The notes beneath the pieces are model-generated. The model was not told the origin of the DNA. It saw only the letters and a list, made by a program, of their open reading frames with translations, and did not search any database. A stretch of DNA of 64,000 nt from Actinomycetes bacterium (GTDB lineage: Bacteria > Actinomycetota > Thermoleophilia > Gaiellales > F1-60-MAGs149): NCBI GenBank assembly GCA_025360225.1, contig JANYCN010000077.1, positions 12,232 through 76,231 on the forward strand. Direction: 5' to 3'. Position 1 is the stretch's first letter, and the number at the start of each line of letters is the position of its first letter. Shown here in pieces: positions 1-9,993 of this stretch. Position numbers and translations under genes: made by a program.

Positions 1-1065
1 CTCGAGCGGCTCCACCTGCCGGGACGGATCGGCGGGCGGCTCCCACCGGTTGAGGTGGTCGACCTGCGGCGTGACGGCCTCTACCCGCTCTCGCGGCGCC
101 TCGAGGACGCGCTCGGATCGATCGAGCGAGACGGCGGCCGGTCGATCCTCCTGCTCAACCGGCGCGGCGAGGCGCCGGCGCTGCACTGCCGCACCTGCGG
201 CGTCAGCATCCGCTGCCTTCACTGCGACGTGTCGCTCACGCTCCACGCGCGCCCGCGCGGTCTGCGCTGTCACCACTGTGGCTACGCCGAGCCTGAGCCT
301 GACGCCTGCCCGGCGTGTGGCGCCGTCGATCTCGCGCGCATCGGCGCGGGAACCGAACGCCTCGAGACGTTGGTCGAGGAGCGCTTCCGCGGCCTCACGG
401 TGATCCGCCTCGATGCAGACTCGACGGCGCGCAGAGGCGCGCTCGAGGCCGCGCTCGAGCGGTTCGCAACGACCGACAGGGCCGTGCTCGTCGGCACGCA
501 GCTGGTCGCCAAGGGACACCACTTCGCCGACGTGCGGCTCGCAGCGGTGATCGATGCCGACGCCGGCCTGTTGCAGCCCGACTTTCGCGCCGAGGAGCGC
601 ACCTTTGCGCTGCTCGTGCAGCTCGCGGGGCGGGCAGGACGCGAGGGAAGCGGCGGGCGCGTCCTCGTGCAGTCATGGGAGCCGGAGAGCCGGGTGATCC
701 GGCTCGTCGCGCGTCACGCCGTCGCAGAGTTCCTCGACGGCGAGGTCGCTCGCCGCGACGCGCTCGGCTACCCGCCTTCATCCCGCCTCGTGCGCGTCCT
801 CGTCACGGCCGCGACGCTGCCGGTCGCTGAACGGTGCCTACGCGACGTCGTCGACGCGGCCCGTGCTGGGCTGGGCGACGATCAGATCCTCGGCCCGGCG
901 CCCTTGTTTCGCCTGCGCGGACGCGAGCGCGCGCACGTCCTCGTGAAGACGTCGAGGGCGCGCCGCGCCGCGAGCGTGCTCGGCGAGGTTGCTGCCGCAC
1001 GCTCACGCGAGCTGCGTCGCGTCGGTGCGACGATCGTCGTCGACGTCGACCCGCAATCGCTGTAG
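1..1065 (+). CDS. priA: primosomal protein N' (PriA), C-terminal part; 5' end lies outside the window
   Basis: Frame 1 is open from base 1. Translation has the PriA Cys cluster (CRTCG..CLHCD..CHHCGY..CPACG) and the helicase C-terminal region (LVGTQLVAKGHHF). It precedes def-fmt. Confidence 0.85.
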   Translation, partial: LERLHLPGRIGGRLPPVEVVDLRRDGLYPLSRRLEDALGSIERDGGRSILLLNRRGEAPALHCRTCGVSIRCLHCDVSLTLHARPRGLRCHHCGYAEPEPDACPACGAVDLARIGAGTERLETLVEERFRGLTVIRLDADSTARRGALEAALERFATTDRAVLVGTQLVAKGHHFADVRLAAVIDADAGLLQPDFRAEERTFALLVQLAGRAGREGSGGRVLVQSWEPESRVIRLVARHAVAEFLDGEVARRDALGYPPSSRLVRVLVTAATLPVAERCLRDVVDAARAGLGDDQILGPAPLFRLRGRERAHVLVKTSRARRAASVLGEVAAARSRELRRVGATIVVDVDPQSL

Positions 1066-1096
1066 CTTCCCCGTCCGCCAGCTACCCTTCGCTCTC

Positions 1097-1666
1097 GTGG
1101 CGTCTACCAGCAAGCGTGAGCGCCGGGACGCCGAGCGAGAAGAGGAGCTTCGCGTCGCGGCGCAGCGGCAGATCCGGCAGTTCCCCGATCCCGTGTTGAA
1201 GCAGCGGTCCCGTGAGGTCGAGCTGTTCGATGACGATCTTGTCGCGCTGACCGAGCGGATGGAGCAGCTGATGGACGACGCGCATGGCGCCGGCCTCGCC
1301 GCGCCGCAGATCGGGCTGCTGCGTCGCCTGTTCGTCTACCACGGCGGTGAGGAGCGCGGGACGGTCGTCGTCGTCAACCCCGAGATCGTTGCCGTTGGCG
1401 AGGAGCGCGCGACGGATGGCGAGGGGTGCCTCTCGCTCGCCCTGCTGATCGACGACGGACACACGGTGCCCGTCTCCCGTCACGTCACCGTCACGCTGCG
1501 CGCGGCAGACGAGTTCGGGGTCGTGACGGAGCGTGAGGTGAGCGGCCACGAAGCGCGGGTCGTGCAGCACGAGCTTGATCATCTCGACGGCGTGTTGATC
1601 CTCGAGCGCACGACGGTTGACGGCCGCCGCGACGCGATGCGCCTCTTGCGCGGCGCGCTCACGTGA
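1097..1666 (+). CDS. def: peptide deformylase
   Basis: All three PDF motifs are present: GAGLAAPQIG, EGCLS, QHELDHLDG. I chose the GTG at 1097 (after the priA stop); the track ORF from 989 overlaps priA. Confidence 0.9.
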   Translation: MASTSKRERRDAEREEELRVAAQRQIRQFPDPVLKQRSREVELFDDDLVALTERMEQLMDDAHGAGLAAPQIGLLRRLFVYHGGEERGTVVVVNPEIVAVGEERATDGEGCLSLALLIDDGHTVPVSRHVTVTLRAADEFGVVTEREVSGHEARVVQHELDHLDGVLILERTTVDGRRDAMRLLRGALT

Positions 1667-2553
1667 CGTATGGCTTTGCAGGCACGTCCGCCTACGCAGC
1701 GGACTGCCTGGCGCGGCTCCTCGCCCTCGACGTCGAGATCAGCCTCGTCCTGAGCCAGCCCGACCGTCCGGCTGGTCGCAGCCGGCGTCTGACGTCGCCT
1801 CCCGTCGTCGACCTCGCTCGCGAACGCGGGCTCGCTGTGATCCAACCGGATCGTGCCGCAGAAGCGGCGCCGGCGATCGTCGCCGCTGGCGTCGGGGCGA
1901 TGGCGATCTGCGCCTACGGTCAGCTGCTTGACCAGCCGCTGCTCGACCTCCTGCCATGGCTGAACGTGCACCCGTCGCTCCTGCCGCGTTGGCGTGGGGC
2001 TGCGCCGATCGAACGGGCGATCCTCGCCGGCGACCGCGAGACGGGCGCGGCGGTGATGCTGGTCGTTCGCGAGCTCGATGCCGGCCCGCTCGTTCACGTC
2101 GACCGCTTCGCGATCTCCGCGAACGATGACGCGCGCAGCGTGATGACGCGATCGCTCGAGCTGGCGGTGCCGGTCCTCGCGAGCGCGCTGCCGGCGGCCG
2201 CGGCAGGCGCGCTCGACGTCACACCGCAGACCGGAGAGGCCTCCTATGCGGCGAAGCTCACGCCGCTCGACCGTCAGCTCGACCCTGCGGAGCCGGTCGT
2301 CCTCGCCGACCGGCGTGTTCGCGCGCTCGCTCCGGAGATCGGCGCGACGATCACGCTCGGTGGCGAGCGGTTCGTCGTCTGGCAAGCGACGATCGCCGAG
2401 CCGTCTCGTCCGGACGGGCCGCTCGTCGTTCCGTTCGCCGATGGCCGCCTCTCGCTCGACCTGCTCCAGCCAGCAGGGCGCAACGTGATGGGCGCGGGCG
2501 AGCTCCTGCGCGGCTGGCGCCGGCCGCTTGCCCCTGTCTCGAGGGGAACCTGA
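1663..2553 (+). CDS. fmt: methionyl-tRNA formyltransferase
   Basis: HPSLLPRWRGAAPIERAI signature. GTGA start/stop overlap with def. Confidence 0.9.
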   Translation: MTYGFAGTSAYAADCLARLLALDVEISLVLSQPDRPAGRSRRLTSPPVVDLARERGLAVIQPDRAAEAAPAIVAAGVGAMAICAYGQLLDQPLLDLLPWLNVHPSLLPRWRGAAPIERAILAGDRETGAAVMLVVRELDAGPLVHVDRFAISANDDARSVMTRSLELAVPVLASALPAAAAGALDVTPQTGEASYAAKLTPLDRQLDPAEPVVLADRRVRALAPEIGATITLGGERFVVWQATIAEPSRPDGPLVVPFADGRLSLDLLQPAGRNVMGAGELLRGWRRPLAPVSRGT

Positions 2554-3815
2554 TGGGACGCGAGCGTGACGTCGCGCTGCGGGTGCTCGGACGCGTCGAG
2601 GAGGGGGGAGCCTACGCGGACCGCGCGCTCTCCGCCGAGGCCGACACCGCGGGGCTTGAGCCCCGCGACCGCGCCCTTGCCGGCCGCCTTGTTGCGGGTG
2701 CGGTGACGCGTCGGCGGACGCTTGACCACGTCCTGACCGTGCTCGGTGGCCGCGCCCCGGCCTCCCTCGACCCGGCGGTGCGCGACACGCTGCGTCTCGG
2801 CGCCTACCAGCTGCTGTTCGCCGATCGGATCCCCGTGCACGCCGCTGTCTCGACCTCCGTCGACCTTGTCCGGCGCGGCGGCCGGACGAGCGCCGCCGGG
2901 CTCGTCAACGCGGTCCTACGGAAGGTCGCTGCGGACGGGCCAGCCCTCCTCGCCAGCCTCCCTGACGCCACGCCGCAACAGGCAGCACTGCGTCGTTCCT
3001 ACCCGGACTGGGTCGCCGAGCTGTGGTGGGACGCCTACGGCGCGCGCGCCGCGCGTAGCTTGATGGACGCCGGCAACGCGCCGGCGGAGACGACGCTGCG
3101 CATCAACACGCTTCGCGACGACGCGGAGGAGCGCCTCCTCTACGAGCTCGCCGCCGCTGGCGTCGGCTACGAGACGGACGACGAGGTGCCGACGGCGGTG
3201 ACGCTGCAGGACCCGTTCGACGTCGGGCGTTCGACGGCGTTCTTGGCTGGTGATGCCGTGCCGATGAGCCGCGCCTCCCAGCAGATCGCGCCGTTGACCG
3301 GCGCGGCGGCGGGGATGCGCGTCCTCGATGCGTGTGCCGCGCCTGGCGGCAAGGCTGGTCACCTCGCAGCCTTGCTCGGCGACGCCGGGCGTGGGCTGAC
3401 CTGTCTCGAGCGCGACCCACGCCGTTGCTCGCAGCTCTCCGAGTCGCTCGTGCGGCAGGGTGCGACGGCCGCGGAGGTGCGCTGTGCCGACGCCAGCGAG
3501 CCCGACGCCGACCTCATCGGGTTCGACGCCATCCTCGTCGACGCGCCCTGCTCGGGGCTCGGCGTCCTCGCCGGGCGTCCTGACCTGCGTTGGCGGCGGA
3601 CGCCAGCCGACGTCGAGACGCTCGCCGTCATCCAACGCTCGCTCGTCGAGGCGCTTCTGCCGCGGCTGGCACCGGGTGGGGTGCTGGTGTACGCCGTCTG
3701 CACGCTCGTGCCGCGCGAGAACGAGGGGGTGGTCGCGGGCCTCGTGATCGAGCGCGAGCTCCGCACCGCGCCGCTGCGCGACGGTGACGGCTTCTATGCC
3801 GCCGCCGTCCGGTGA
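2553..3815 (+). CDS. rsmB: 16S rRNA (cytosine967-C5)-methyltransferase, RsmB/Sun family
   Basis: NusB-like N-terminus plus SAM methyltransferase core (VLDACAAPGGK, DAILVDAPCSGLG, YAVCT). TGATG overlap with fmt. Confidence 0.85.
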   Translation: MGRERDVALRVLGRVEEGGAYADRALSAEADTAGLEPRDRALAGRLVAGAVTRRRTLDHVLTVLGGRAPASLDPAVRDTLRLGAYQLLFADRIPVHAAVSTSVDLVRRGGRTSAAGLVNAVLRKVAADGPALLASLPDATPQQAALRRSYPDWVAELWWDAYGARAARSLMDAGNAPAETTLRINTLRDDAEERLLYELAAAGVGYETDDEVPTAVTLQDPFDVGRSTAFLAGDAVPMSRASQQIAPLTGAAAGMRVLDACAAPGGKAGHLAALLGDAGRGLTCLERDPRRCSQLSESLVRQGATAAEVRCADASEPDADLIGFDAILVDAPCSGLGVLAGRPDLRWRRTPADVETLAVIQRSLVEALLPRLAPGGVLVYAVCTLVPRENEGVVAGLVIERELRTAPLRDGDGFYAAAVR

Positions 3816-3930
3816 CGGTCCTGGGGGAAGACCGTCACCGTTCAGCAGGATGAGAGGGGGAACGTCGTACGAATCACTCAGATTTCATGAGATTCGAACT
3901 GGTTCTAATCTAGCGAGTCTTCAAGGCCTC

Positions 3931-4578
3931 GTGCTCCCCAATTTGGGGGAGTTGTCGGCGATCATCGCGCCCGATGACACGTCTGTGAGCGTCATCGCCC
4001 CAGCGCGGCCGTTCCTGGCGATCGGCGAGCACATCGCCATGCACGGGAACGCGGGTTTGGAGAGCATCGCCACCGTGGCCGAGGTCGCCGGGGACGTCGT
4101 GCGGATCCTCGGTTCGCCGCTCGGCGGCGAGGGCACCGCGCTCGATGCTGCGTGGGTGGCCGGCGGTCGGCTCCTGCACGCTCCGGCCGTCGTCCTCGAC
4201 GCGCACGCAGGCGGGGCCTGGGTCGGCATCGGTTCGTGCACGGTCGTCGCGGGTCGCTGGCTCCGGCGCGCCGTCCCCGCGGGTGTCACCGCGACGTTGC
4301 ACCTTGCCGGGTTGCTCGCGCCACCGCGAGCCCTGCGCTCCGCCACGGTGCGCGACATCGGCATCGGTGGCGTCGGGATCGTCGTCCACGACCTGGTTGA
4401 GCCGGGGGAGAGCGGCGTCATTGAACTGATCGACGTGGTCGGTCGGCCGCTTGGCGAGCTCGCGCTCGTCGTCGTGCACGTCATCCCGAGCGCGCGCGGC
4501 ACCCAGGCTGGCTGTCGGTTCCTCTCGCTGCTCGACGGCGCACGCATCGTCGCCGCGGTCGAGTCTTCCGGCGCCTGA
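3931..4578 (+). CDS. hypothetical protein with PilZ-like C-terminal motifs
   Basis: RWLRR (RxxxR) followed by RDIGIGGVG (a DxSxxG-like box with Gly at the Ser position). Start set at GTG 3931 because 3816-3930 is AT-richer and not coding-like. Confidence 0.45.
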   Translation: MLPNLGELSAIIAPDDTSVSVIAPARPFLAIGEHIAMHGNAGLESIATVAEVAGDVVRILGSPLGGEGTALDAAWVAGGRLLHAPAVVLDAHAGGAWVGIGSCTVVAGRWLRRAVPAGVTATLHLAGLLAPPRALRSATVRDIGIGGVGIVVHDLVEPGESGVIELIDVVGRPLGELALVVVHVIPSARGTQAGCRFLSLLDGARIVAAVESSGA

Positions 4579-4629
4579 AGCGCGAGGCTGAGCGGCACGG
4601 CGCCCGCACGGATCTCCGATACTGCGAGC

Positions 4630-5334
4630 GTGTCTACCGAACCATCCTGGCTGACCGAGACCCAGGTCTGCCCGTCGATCCTGTCCTGTGACTTCGGCGC
4701 GTTCCGCGACGGTGTGCGGGAGCTGCTCGACGCCGGCGCACGTACGTTCCACGTCGACGTGATGGATGGTCACTTCGTGCCCGTCATCACCTTCGGCACC
4801 GGCGTCGTCGCCGCGATCGCCGACGAGGTGCATGCCGCGGGTGGTGCGCTTGCCGTGCACATGATGGTCGAGCGACCGGAGCGCTTCATTGCCGATTACG
4901 CGAAGGCGGGTGCGGACTCCTTCACGGTGCACGTCGAGGCGACCTCGCACCTGCACTACCACCTGCAGGCAATTCGTGAGGCCGGGATGGCGCCCGGCGT
5001 GACGCTCAACCCGGGCACGCCGGTCGCGGCGATCGCCGAGGTCGCTCCCTACTGCGACAACCTTCTGTGCATGAGCGTGAACCCGGGCTGGGGCGGGCAG
5101 TCGTTCATCCCGGCGTCGCTTGGCCGGCTGGCACAGCTCCGAGCGCTCGCGGCGCCGGGAGCGGGCGTGGAGATCGACGGCGGCGTTGGCCCGGCGACGG
5201 CGGCAGGCTGCTTCCGCGCTGGCGCGAACCGGCTCACCGCTGGCTCCGCCGTGTTCTCCGCACCCGACCCAGCCGCCGCCTATCACGCGCTCGTGGAGCA
5301 GGTCCGGGCGGTCGGAACGCCGTCGTGGGCCTGA
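4630..5334 (+). CDS. rpe: ribulose-phosphate 3-epimerase
   Basis: Typical Rpe sequence (CPSILSCDF, HVDVMDGHFVP, MSVNPGWGGQSF). Confidence 0.9.
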   Translation: MSTEPSWLTETQVCPSILSCDFGAFRDGVRELLDAGARTFHVDVMDGHFVPVITFGTGVVAAIADEVHAAGGALAVHMMVERPERFIADYAKAGADSFTVHVEATSHLHYHLQAIREAGMAPGVTLNPGTPVAAIAEVAPYCDNLLCMSVNPGWGGQSFIPASLGRLAQLRALAAPGAGVEIDGGVGPATAAGCFRAGANRLTAGSAVFSAPDPAAAYHALVEQVRAVGTPSWA

Positions 5335-6437
5335 CCGACGCCGACCTCGTCCACCTCGCACGAGCGCTCACGCTCGCGCGCTCCGTCCGCGGGATGACGA
5401 CGCCGAACCCGAACGTCGGCTGCGTCCTCGTGCGCGATGGACGTGTCCTTGCCGAAGGGGCAACGCGACCTGAAGGCGGGCCTCACGCCGAGGCCGTCGC
5501 GCTCGCTGCCTGCGCTGACCCGGCGGGAGCGACGGCGTACGTCACCCTCGAACCGTGTGCGCACCACGGCCGTACACCGCCATGCGCCGACGCGCTCGTC
5601 GCCGCCGGCGTCCGGCGTGTCGTCGTCGCGTCCGGCGACCCCGCGCCGTGGGTCAATGGCGGCGGGCTCGAACGGCTCCGGCTTGCCGGCATCGTCGTTG
5701 ACGTGCTTGCGCTCGAGCACCCGCTCGCGATCGCCGCGCGCCAGGGAAACGCTCCGTTCCGCACGTCGATCCTGCTCGGTCGACCCCACGTCACATACAA
5801 GGCAGCGATGTCGCTCGATGGGCGCACGGCGACGGCCTCGGGCGACTCGCAGTGGATCTCCTCACCGGCGAGCCGACAGCTCGTGCATCGCTGGCGGGCG
5901 GAGATGGGAGCGGTCCTCGTCGGCGTTGGCACCGCAATCGCCGACGACGTCACGCTGACCGCGCGCGACCGTGACCAGCCGCTGGCCCGGCAGCCTCTTC
6001 GGGCCGTCGTCGATCGCGATGCTCGGGTGCCGCTGGACGGCCGGCTCGTTCGCAGCGTTGCGCAGGGGCCGGTGCTGCTCCTCGTCGGTGAGCGGGCGGA
6101 CGTGGCGCGTCGTGGCCTGCTCGAGCGGGCCGGTGTGGAGACGGCGGTAGCGGTCTCGCCGCAGGAGGTGCTGGTCGCGCTCGCTGCCCGCGGTGTCCAG
6201 GACGTGCTGTTCGAGGGTGGTGCGCGCCTTGCCGGCATGATGCTTGCCGCAGCGGTGATCGATCGGCTCGCGCTGTTCATCGCTCCGCTGATCGTTGGCG
6301 ACCCCAGCGCGCCTGGCATCTTTGGCGGTGGTGTGACGCCCGCACGGGTCGCCGACGCGATCGCTGCTGCGGGCCTGGAAGCCACCAGCTCTGGTCCGGA
6401 TATCCTGCTTGACGCCTGGATCACCATCCCGGCCTGA
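5325..6437 (+). CDS. ribD: bifunctional riboflavin biosynthesis deaminase/reductase RibD
   Basis: CDA zinc motifs HAEAVAL and [12 protein letters not shown], then a reductase domain. GTG 5325 overlaps the rpe stop; the track ORF from 5067 is an upstream artefact. Confidence 0.9.
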   Translation: MGLTDADLVHLARALTLARSVRGMTTPNPNVGCVLVRDGRVLAEGATRPEGGPHAEAVALAACADPAGATAYVTLEPCAHHGRTPPCADALVAAGVRRVVVASGDPAPWVNGGGLERLRLAGIVVDVLALEHPLAIAARQGNAPFRTSILLGRPHVTYKAAMSLDGRTATASGDSQWISSPASRQLVHRWRAEMGAVLVGVGTAIADDVTLTARDRDQPLARQPLRAVVDRDARVPLDGRLVRSVAQGPVLLLVGERADVARRGLLERAGVETAVAVSPQEVLVALAARGVQDVLFEGGARLAGMMLAAAVIDRLALFIAPLIVGDPSAPGIFGGGVTPARVADAIAAAGLEATSSGPDILLDAWITIPA

Positions 6438-6440
6438 GCT

Positions 6441-7067
6441 GTGTTCACCGGAATCATCCAGGAGATAGGGACGATCGAGGCCGTCGAGCACGCGCCGGGC
6501 GGATCGTCCCTGCGTATCGCCGCCCGTCACGCGTTGCAGCCGCTGCGGCTTGGCGACTCCGTCGCCGTCGATGGTGCCTGCCTGACGGCGACGGTCATCA
6601 CCGGTGATCGCGCGACCTTCGAGGCGATGCACGAGACCCTCGATCGCACGACGATCGGCGAGCTCGCCGCGGGCTCCAAGGTGAACCTCGAGGCGGCATT
6701 GCGCGCTGGCGAGCCGCTCGGCGGACACAACGTTCAGGGCCACGTCGACGGCGTTGGCGGGATCGTCGCGGAACGTCGAGAGGGCTTCGCGCGCGTGCTT
6801 GAGATCGTTCCGCCCGCACACCTGATGCGCTACGTCGTCGAGAAGGGCTCCGTCTGCGTCGCGGGCGTGTCGCTGACCGTGTCCACCCTCACCCGCGACG
6901 GGTTCGAGGTGTGTCTGATCCCCCACACCTTGCAGGCGACGACGCTCGGTAGCCTTGCCGTTGGCACCCGCGTGAACGTCGAGACCGACATCTTCGCCAA
7001 GTACGTCGAGCGCATGCTCGTCCACCAGCAACAACGCAACGACCAACCGGTAGGTACCCATGAGTGA
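6441..7067 (+). CDS. ribE: riboflavin synthase (alpha chain)
   Basis: [11 protein letters not shown]-terminus and the duplicated lumazine-binding repeat ([12 protein letters not shown] / [12 protein letters not shown]). Confidence 0.9.
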   Translation: MFTGIIQEIGTIEAVEHAPGGSSLRIAARHALQPLRLGDSVAVDGACLTATVITGDRATFEAMHETLDRTTIGELAAGSKVNLEAALRAGEPLGGHNVQGHVDGVGGIVAERREGFARVLEIVPPAHLMRYVVEKGSVCVAGVSLTVSTLTRDGFEVCLIPHTLQATTLGSLAVGTRVNVETDIFAKYVERMLVHQQQRNDQPVGTHE

Positions 7068-8367
7068 CGCTGTCTCGCCCTTCGCCTCGATCGAGTCTGC
7101 GATCGAGGACATCCGCGCCGGCAAGATGGTGATCGTCGTCGACTCGCCCGACCGCGAGAACGAGGGCGACCTGTGTATGGCCGCTGAGTTCGTCACCGCG
7201 GCGGACGTCAACTTCATGGCGACCCACGGCCGCGGGCTGATCTGCTTGACGATGACCCCGGAGCGGTGCGACGAGCTCGACCTGCGCCTGATGGAGCCAC
7301 ACAACGAGACGCCGTACGGCACCGCGTTCACCGTCTCGATCGAGGCACGAGAGGGCATCGCGACCGGCATCTCGGCAGCGGATCGAGCACACACCATCCG
7401 CGTCGCCGTCGATCCGTCGAAGGGGGCGCGCGACCTGATCAAGCCGGGCCACGTCTTCCCGCTGCGCGCACGCGCCGGCGGCGTCCTCGAGCGCACCGGC
7501 CAGACCGAGGCATCCGTCGACCTCGCGCGCCTCGCCGGCTGCACGCCTGCGGGTGTGATCTGCGAGGTGATGAAGGACGACGGCACGATGGCACGCGTCC
7601 CCGACCTCGACGTGTTCTGCCGCGCGCACGACATCAAGCTGGTGACCGTCGCCGACCTGATCGCCTACCGCCGCCAGAACGAGAAGCTCGTCGAGCGGAT
7701 GGCCGCGGCGAACCTCCCCACGGTGCACGGTGACTTCCAGGCCGTCGGCTACGTCTCGAAGCTCGATGGCAAGCATCACCTCGCCCTCGTCCACGGCGAC
7801 GTCGACGGGGCGGAGAACGTCCTCGTACGCGTCCACTCGGAGTGCGTCACCGGTGACGTCTTCCACTCGCTGCGCTGCGACTGTGGTGAGCAGCTCGAGC
7901 AGGCGCTCCAGCACATCTCTCAGGCTGGTTCTGGCGTCCTGCTGTACCTCGCACAGGAGGGCCGCGGCATCGGCCTTCTGAACAAGCTGCGAGCGTACGA
8001 GCTGCAGGAGCAGGGCCGCGACACCGTCGAGGCGAACGCCGAGCTCGGCTTCGCCTCCGACCTCCGCGAGTACGGCATCGGCTCGCAGATCCTCGCCGAC
8101 CTTGGCCTGACGACGATCCGTATCCTGACGAACAACCCGCGCAAGATCGAGGGACTCGAGGGCTTCGGGCTCACCGTGACGGAGCAGGTGCCGATCGAGA
8201 CGACGCCGAACGATCACAACCTCGCGTACCTGCGCACGAAGCGCGAGAAGCTCGGGCACCGGCTGCACCACCAGCACCTGAAGCTGCAGGAGGGCATGCT
8301 CCCGTCAGATCCGCCGCACGTTGCCGACCCGGACGCGCCAACGCCGAGCCCGACGGACGCTCGGTGA
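7060..8367 (+). CDS. ribBA: bifunctional 3,4-dihydroxy-2-butanone-4-phosphate synthase / GTP cyclohydrolase II
   Basis: DRENEGDL (DHBP synthase half) and [18 protein letters not shown] (GCH II zinc site). Confidence 0.92.
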   Translation: MSDAVSPFASIESAIEDIRAGKMVIVVDSPDRENEGDLCMAAEFVTAADVNFMATHGRGLICLTMTPERCDELDLRLMEPHNETPYGTAFTVSIEAREGIATGISAADRAHTIRVAVDPSKGARDLIKPGHVFPLRARAGGVLERTGQTEASVDLARLAGCTPAGVICEVMKDDGTMARVPDLDVFCRAHDIKLVTVADLIAYRRQNEKLVERMAAANLPTVHGDFQAVGYVSKLDGKHHLALVHGDVDGAENVLVRVHSECVTGDVFHSLRCDCGEQLEQALQHISQAGSGVLLYLAQEGRGIGLLNKLRAYELQEQGRDTVEANAELGFASDLREYGIGSQILADLGLTTIRILTNNPRKIEGLEGFGLTVTEQVPIETTPNDHNLAYLRTKREKLGHRLHHQHLKLQEGMLPSDPPHVADPDAPTPSPTDAR

Positions 8368-8876
8368 AGCCCGCCGAGTCCGGCGACATCGCCGGTCGCG
8401 ACGGCTGTCACGTGATCGAGCACGCCGAGCTCGACAGCGCCGTTCGGGTCGCGATCGTCGCCTCGCGCTACCACGCGAACATCGTCCAGAAGCTCGTGGA
8501 CGGCGCGTTCGACGAGCTCGTCGCCGCTGGCATCGAGGTCGATCGGATCACGCTCTGTGTCGTCCCTGGCGCGTACGAGCTGCCGATGGCGGCGAAGAGG
8601 TTTGCCACCCAGCATCGCTACGCCGCCGTGATCTGCCTCGGCTGCGTGATCCGCGGCGAGACGCCCCACTTCGACTACGTCTGTTCTGAGGCCGCCCGTG
8701 GCTGCACCCTCGTCGCGCTCGAGACGGGCGTGCCGGTGGCGTTTGGCGTGATCACCGCAGAGACGATGGACCAGGCGAACGCGCGCGCGGGCGGCGCTGC
8801 CGGCAACAAGGGCGCCGAGTCTGCCGCCGCGGCGCTCGAGCTCGCCGGCATGCTGCGAGGCATCCGCACGCTGTGA
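8364..8876 (+). CDS. ribH: 6,7-dimethyl-8-ribityllumazine synthase
   Basis: Lumazine synthase core ([24 protein letters not shown]). GTGA overlap with ribBA. Confidence 0.9.
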   Translation: MKPAESGDIAGRDGCHVIEHAELDSAVRVAIVASRYHANIVQKLVDGAFDELVAAGIEVDRITLCVVPGAYELPMAAKRFATQHRYAAVICLGCVIRGETPHFDYVCSEAARGCTLVALETGVPVAFGVITAETMDQANARAGGAAGNKGAESAAAALELAGMLRGIRTL

Positions 8877-9811
8877 ACGAGGGTGCCCTGCCGTGCCGGC
8901 TCCCGGTGATGCAGGCGCCGATCGGCGGTGCAGGTGGGGTCGACCTCGTCGCCGCGATCTGTGAGGCTGGCGGGCTCGGTACGGTCGCCGGCTCGTGGCG
9001 ATCGCTCGACGGGCTCCGATCGACGGTAGCCGCGGTACGGGAGCGGACGGCCGAGCCGTTTGCCGTCAACCTCGTGCTCGACTTCGCGCAGGAGGCGCGC
9101 GTCGCGTTGCTCGCGGAGCTCCGCGTGCCCGTCATCACCTTCTCCTGGGGCGTGCGCCGCGACCTCGTTGAGCTGGCGCGCAGCGCCGGGAGCCGCGTGC
9201 TCGTTCAGGTCGCGAGCCGCGAAGCTGCCGTCGCGGCGGTCGCCGCCGGGGCGGACGGGGTGATCGCCCAGGGGATCGAGGCTGGCGGTCACGTCCAGTC
9301 GACGACGGGGCTCCTCGTCCTCGTCCGTACGCTCGCCCGCGAGCTGCGGGTGCCGCTGATCGCCGCGGGCGGGATCGCCGACGCCGCAGGGGCACGGGCG
9401 GCACACGCTGCCGGCGCTGCCGCCGTGGCCTGCGGCACCGTGTTCGTCGCGACGGACGAGGCGCTGGCCGCGCCGGTCTGGAAGGCAGCGATCGTCGCAG
9501 CCGACGCGGACGACACCGTGCTCACCGGCCTGTTCGACGTGGGCTGGCGCGACGCTCCACATCGCGTCCTGCGTAACAGCACCTACCGGCGGTGGGAGGA
9601 GGCCGGCTGCCCGCCGGTCGGCGCGCGCCCGGGGGAGGGCGAGGTGCTCGCCCGCGTCGACGGTGCGGACGTCGTGCGCTACAGCGACACGCCGCCACTC
9701 GCAGGTCAGGACGGGGATCTCGAGGCCCTCTGTCTCTACGCTGGGCAGAGCGCCGCGCTCATCGACCATGTCCGCCCGGCAGCTGCTGTCGTCCGAGCGC
9801 TCCTCGGCTGA
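8873..9811 (+). CDS. nitronate monooxygenase / NPD-family flavin oxidoreductase
   Basis: PVMQAPIGG start, GVIAQGIEAGGH and IAAGGIAD motifs typical of the 2-nitropropane dioxygenase (FabK-like) family. Confidence 0.7.
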   Translation: MNEGALPCRLPVMQAPIGGAGGVDLVAAICEAGGLGTVAGSWRSLDGLRSTVAAVRERTAEPFAVNLVLDFAQEARVALLAELRVPVITFSWGVRRDLVELARSAGSRVLVQVASREAAVAAVAAGADGVIAQGIEAGGHVQSTTGLLVLVRTLARELRVPLIAAGGIADAAGARAAHAAGAAAVACGTVFVATDEALAAPVWKAAIVAADADDTVLTGLFDVGWRDAPHRVLRNSTYRRWEEAGCPPVGARPGEGEVLARVDGADVVRYSDTPPLAGQDGDLEALCLYAGQSAALIDHVRPAAAVVRALLG

Positions 9812-9830
9812 GGTTGCATGCGGACTACTA

Positions 9831-9907
9831 CTAGTGGTGTGATTGTTGGCATGGTCATTGGGTGTCAGACACCCAATGACCATGCCATTTGAGAATCAGA
9901 CCACTAG
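9831..9907. repeat. 77-nt extended palindrome/hairpin directly after the oxidoreductase stop; possible terminator or protein-binding element
   Basis: Perfect 17-bp arms GGCATGGTCATTGGGTG (9848-9864) / CACCCAATGACCATGCC (9870-9886) with a 5-nt loop. Extended by GATT/AATC and CTAGTGGT (9831-9838) / ACCACTAG (9900-9907). Only a weak T tract follows. Confidence 0.55.
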
Positions 9908-9956
9908 CAAGCCCTGCGCGAAGCGCCACGCTCCCGCTCGCTCCAGACGCCCTGTA

Positions 9957-9984
9957 ACCATGCCATTTCGCAATCGCACACTAG
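9957..9984. promoter_or_regulatory. second copy of the right-arm motif, overlapping the putative promoter of the response-regulator gene
   Basis: ACCATGCCATTT occurs at 9879-9890 and 9957-9968, and both copies continue into ..AATC..ACTAG. The second copy ends inside TAGACT (9982-9987), a TANNNT -10-like hexamer 6 nt upstream of ATG 9994. No SD is seen, which suggests a leaderless mRNA. Confidence 0.35.
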
Positions 9985-9993
9985 ACTGCGCCC

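Noticed and set aside
4579-5330. Looked for an FMN (RFN) riboswitch in front of the riboflavin genes.
   Set aside because: ribD overlaps the rpe stop, and the gap before rpe is only ~50 nt with no RFN-like conserved stems. The rpe-ribD linkage is the usual actinobacterial arrangement, so the absence is unremarkable.
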